Shown here: positions 60,493 to 64,000 of the stretch, piece by piece
Position numbering within the stretch: the stretch's first letter is position 1
Layout of the letters: every line of letters begins with the position of its first letter
Source: Candidatus Dormiibacterota bacterium
GTDB lineage: Bacteria; Chloroflexota; Dormibacteria; Aeolococcales; Aeolococcaceae
Reading direction: 5' to 3'
Length of the DNA stretch: 64,000 nt
NCBI GenBank assembly: GCA_963718525.1
Contig: OY970355.1
Coordinates: 128,001-192,000 of the forward strand
Position numbers and translations under genes: made by a program
The notes under the pieces: generated by a model
Told to the model about the DNA's origin: nothing
Database searches by the model: none
The model's input: the letters and a program-made list of their open reading frames with translations, nothing else

Positions 60493-63003
60493 CTACTCGG
60501 CTACGGCCGCCGCCTCAACAGGGACACGCGCACCGTTGGTCCCCTGCGCCTCGCGCACCTCGGCAAGATACTCGTCGACGAGCTGACGTCCACGCTCGGG
60601 GTCGGCAACGGAGGCCACAACGTGATACGCGGGCTCGTCGGGATCAGGGCGCACCAGCACGAAGCCGTCGTCGACGTACACCTTGATGCCGTCGACGAGG
60701 TCCACGGAGTCGGTGCGGTGACGATCGAGGAGCAGGCGCATCACCCGTCCCTTCGCCTCCCACGGGCAGAACTCGGTGGCGGTGATGTACGCGACCTGCG
60801 GCAGCGCCGCGCGCGCCTGGCTCAACGGGATACCGAGCTTGGCGCGCAGCTCGAGCAGCTTCACGAGCGTGTACATGGCGTCAAAGGCGCCGAGGTGACC
60901 CGGCCATGCGAATCCGCCCTCACCGTCCGACGCGAGGCTGGTCCCCGGCGTGCTCGAGGCGCGGAGCACCGCGGCAGGCTCGCCGGGAGTGGCGCTGAAG
61001 GTGCCTCCTTCCTTGCGTACCAGCTCACTGATCCACATCGGCGTCGCCGCGGGCGCGAGCACGGCTCCAGGACTCGAGCGCACCCACCACGACGCCAGCA
61101 CCGCCAGGCACTCGTGCGGGGTGAGCACCACGCCCTTGTCGTCGATGATCCAGATGCGCTCCCCCGTCGGGTTGATCATGCAGCCGACGTCGGCGCGCAC
61201 CGTCTTGCTGATCAACGCAGTCTCGTCGGGCACGGTGCGGTGGTGCTCGCCCTCGCGCATGCCGGCGTTGAGCGGGATGGTGGTGACGCCGAGGTCGTTG
61301 AGGATCGTTGGCAGGACCGCCGATGCGTCGCTGTAGTCGTAGTCGATCAGCACGCGGAACCCTGCGTTGCGAATGCTCTCCGCATCCACCGACTTGAACA
61401 GGTGCTGGATGTACCCGGGGATGGGCTCGCCGTACTCGATGTCCCCCATCTCGTAGAAGCCGGCACGCCGGAAGTCCTCACGAAACAGCAGGTTCTCGAG
61501 CTTTCGCTCGGCCCGCTTGTCGATCTGCAGGCCTTCAGTGTCGAAAAAGCGAATGTCGGCGCTGCGCTGGTCGAGCGGTGACACCAGCACATGAATGCCC
61601 GCGGCGCACTCGGCGTCCAGCGTCGCCCACTGCGTGACCGGAACCGGTAGCTCGCGCACGTCGCGTGCCTTGGCTCCGGCGCTGACGATCCCGCTGACGA
61701 TGGCGCGTTTGATCATGCGGGACGAGCGCGCATGATCCTGACCGACGACGACACACGCGCCCTTCGACAGCGTCGCGCCGAACGCCGCGCCGAGACGTGC
61801 GCAGAACTCGGGTGTGAGCTCAACGTTGATCAGTCCGCCGAGCCCGTACGACGAAAACAGCCCGCTTCGCCACTCTCCGGCCCAGATCACCAACTCGTTC
61901 ACCGTGGATCCCGGTTCGACGGTCTTGCTCGGCCAGATCTTGACTCCGGCACGTACCTGCGAGCCTCTGCCGAGCACGCACTCGTCGGCGATCACCGAGT
62001 TCTCCTCGAGCAGCGAATCATTCTTGATGGTCACGTTGCGGCAGACGATGGCCTGGCGCAGCCGGCAGCGCTCGCCGATGTACGAGTGCGGCCAGATCAC
62101 GCTGTTGCTGACCTTGGTGTTGTCGTCGATGACGCTGTATCGGTCGATGACACCGTGCTCGTTGACGTGCGTGCCGGCCTTGAGCTTCACCTCGTCGCCG
62201 ATGAACGCGGGGCCGTCAAGCTGCACGCCGATACCGATCTCCACGTTGTCGCCCATCCAGACGGTGCCCTCGCGGCGCCCCGAGATGTGGCAGCGCACCT
62301 TGCCGTCGAGCGCGTCCCAGTTCGCCTGCATGTACGACTGGATTGAGCCGATGTCGCACCAGTAGTCGTCGACCACGATGCCGTGCAGTGGCTCGTGACG
62401 TCGGAGCATCGTGGGAAACACGTCCTGCGACCAGTCCGCGTTGGAGCCCTCCTTGATGTGATCGAGCACCTTCGGCTCGATCACGTAGATGCCGGTGTTC
62501 GCGTGGTCACTGAAGACCTCACCCCATGACGGCTTTTCCAGGAAGCGCTTGATGTTCCCCTCGTCGTCGGTGACCACCACCCCGTACTCGAGAGGATTCG
62601 GCACCGAGTGGAGCACGATCGTCGCGTGCGAGCCGCGTTCGGCGTGGGCGCGCATCACGCTGGTGAGGTCGATGTCGGTGAGCGCGTCGCCGCTGATCAC
62701 CAGGAAGGTGTCGTCGAGGAGGTGGGCGGCGTTGCGCACGCTCCCCGCCGTGCCCAGCGGCCGGTCCTCGACGACGTACTCGATCTCCATGTCGAGCTCC
62801 GAGCCGTCGCCAAGGCGGTTGCGGATCTCCGCACCGAGGTAGGCGAGCGTCACCACGACCTGGGTGATCCCGTGCTCCCTGAGGAGACGAAGGATGTGCT
62901 CGAGCACCGGCGTGCCGACCACCGGGACGAGCGGTTTGGGAAGGCGGCTGGTCAGCGGACGCAGTCGCGCCCCTTCACCTCCCGCCATGACCACTGCCTT
63001 CAC
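60493..63003 (-). CDS. mannose-1-phosphate guanylyltransferase / phosphohexomutase-like fusion
   Basis: [15 protein letters not shown], hexapeptide region, C-terminal PGM/PMM-like domains. Confidence 0.92.
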   Translation of the reverse strand: MKAVVMAGGEGARLRPLTSRLPKPLVPVVGTPVLEHILRLLREHGITQVVVTLAYLGAEIRNRLGDGSELDMEIEYVVEDRPLGTAGSVRNAAHLLDDTFLVISGDALTDIDLTSVMRAHAERGSHATIVLHSVPNPLEYGVVVTDDEGNIKRFLEKPSWGEVFSDHANTGIYVIEPKVLDHIKEGSNADWSQDVFPTMLRRHEPLHGIVVDDYWCDIGSIQSYMQANWDALDGKVRCHISGRREGTVWMGDNVEIGIGVQLDGPAFIGDEVKLKAGTHVNEHGVIDRYSVIDDNTKVSNSVIWPHSYIGERCRLRQAIVCRNVTIKNDSLLEENSVIADECVLGRGSQVRAGVKIWPSKTVEPGSTVNELVIWAGEWRSGLFSSYGLGGLINVELTPEFCARLGAAFGATLSKGACVVVGQDHARSSRMIKRAIVSGIVSAGAKARDVRELPVPVTQWATLDAECAAGIHVLVSPLDQRSADIRFFDTEGLQIDKRAERKLENLLFREDFRRAGFYEMGDIEYGEPIPGYIQHLFKSVDAESIRNAGFRVLIDYDYSDASAVLPTILNDLGVTTIPLNAGMREGEHHRTVPDETALISKTVRADVGCMINPTGERIWIIDDKGVVLTPHECLAVLASWWVRSSPGAVLAPAATPMWISELVRKEGGTFSATPGEPAAVLRASSTPGTSLASDGEGGFAWPGHLGAFDAMYTLVKLLELRAKLGIPLSQARAALPQVAYITATEFCPWEAKGRVMRLLLDRHRTDSVDLVDGIKVYVDDGFVLVRPDPDEPAYHVVASVADPERGRQLVDEYLAEVREAQGTNGARVPVEAAAVAE

Positions 63004-63061
63004 ACGGCCACCTCCTCGGCACCGGCCTCGTGGTTCAGATCATATGGTGCGAGGCGACGAA

Positions 63062-64000
63062 TTACGCGCGTGAGCTTGCTCCGGGGGCCGGCAGGATCAC
63101 GCGCTGATGCAGGCACATGAAGCGGAGGCGCTCAAGCAACCCGTCGATGACGACCGGCCAGGCGAAGTCGGCCGCGTCGCGGCGAGCCGCAACGCGCAGC
63201 CGCTCTCCCAGCGCCGGCTGCTCGACGAGCCCGCGAAGCGCGCTGGCGATCTCGGACGGATCGTCGGTCTCGATGACGATCGCATTGCCGTACGGGCGGG
63301 CATACTCCTCACCCGTGGCGCCCACCATCGCAACGCCGCCCGCGGCCATCGCCTCGAGCCCGACGAGCCCGAACGGCTCGTGCCCCGAGTTGGCGAGCAC
63401 GGCCGACACCCCGACGTTGATCTCGGTGATCACCCGGTCGGGGAGGAATCGTCGCAGGTGCACGATGGGAGCGCCCTCCGTCTCGGTGAGCGCACGAACG
63501 ATCCCACCCACGTCCGCCACCGGTTCGTACCAGTCGGTGACCACCAGCCCGGACGCAGCCGCAAAGTCGAGCACGGTGGCGCCGTAGGGCTCGATGCCGC
63601 CGCGCATGAGCATGCGAGCCGGCAGACCGTCGGAACGCATCTCGGCGATGGCCGCGACGGCCTGGTTCCAGCGCTTGTCCGGGCTGAAGCGGCCGATCTT
63701 GAAGGTGAGACATGGCGTGCCCGCTGCGGCCCGGATCGCCTTCGCGGCGGACTCATCCACCGTGGCGAGCGCACCCTCCGGAATGCCATTCGGGATGACC
63801 ACCGGATTGACCCCATACGGCCACATGAGGTGCTTCATGTATTTGCTGACGGTGGTGATCGACGCCACGAAGTCGAGCACCGGCCAGTCGATGGCCTCGA
63901 ACCCGAACAGATTGTTGGCGTTCCAGAGCAGCACCGCGTTGCGCCGGAGTCCGAGGGTGTGGAGGCGGTCGCTCAGCGCCTTGCAGAACCACGCCGTGTG
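63062..64000 (-). CDS. GT4 family glycosyltransferase (5'-partial)
   Basis: IPNGI, GRF..DK, EPFGLVGLEAMAAG. Confidence 0.9.
   Translation of the reverse strand, partial: HTAWFCKALSDRLHTLGLRRNAVLLWNANNLFGFEAIDWPVLDFVASITTVSKYMKHLMWPYGVNPVVIPNGIPEGALATVDESAAKAIRAAAGTPCLTFKIGRFSPDKRWNQAVAAIAEMRSDGLPARMLMRGGIEPYGATVLDFAAASGLVVTDWYEPVADVGGIVRALTETEGAPIVHLRRFLPDRVITEINVGVSAVLANSGHEPFGLVGLEAMAAGGVAMVGATGEEYARPYGNAIVIETDDPSEIASALRGLVEQPALGERLRVAARRDAADFAWPVVIDGLLERLRFMCLHQRVILPAPGASSRA

Noticed and set aside
60493-63003. Nucleotidyltransferase-mutase fusion lacking the SHN catalytic motif
   Set aside because: A known architecture, for example in cyanobacteria.

Overview
High-GC bacterial chromosome segment, probably from a soil Terrabacteria lineage such as Candidatus Dormibacterota (an impression from gene content, not a tested assignment). 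About 1-6 kb and 50.5-64 kb hold ordinary genes: PHP hydrolase, acyl-CoA ligase, hemE-hemH, MMPL, hemolysin III and a sugar-phosphate nucleotidyltransferase fusion. About 6.3-39.5 kb is an array of short unrelated genes in both orientations (GNATs, VOC, DinB, RidA, HAD, lipoproteins, ECF sigma pairs, small membrane proteins). These genes are separated by about 25 clear and about 7 degenerate copies of a ~29-bp motif (approximately CTCRAGGTACATTYGCGGATGCTSGCNTG; core ACATT-NN-CGGA-NN-CT-S-GC-N-TG), all on the + strand. In most copies inspected, the motif is the 3' arm of an imperfect hairpin whose 5' arm co-varies with it. A 274-bp duplication ends exactly at the motif's terminal TG. This resembles an integron-like cassette array, but its sites are not attC. 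A non-IntI tyrosine recombinase with its own flanking repeats lies about 8.5 kb away, next to tRNA-Gly(CCC) and beside a paralog of one array gene. All alignments and folds were done by eye.
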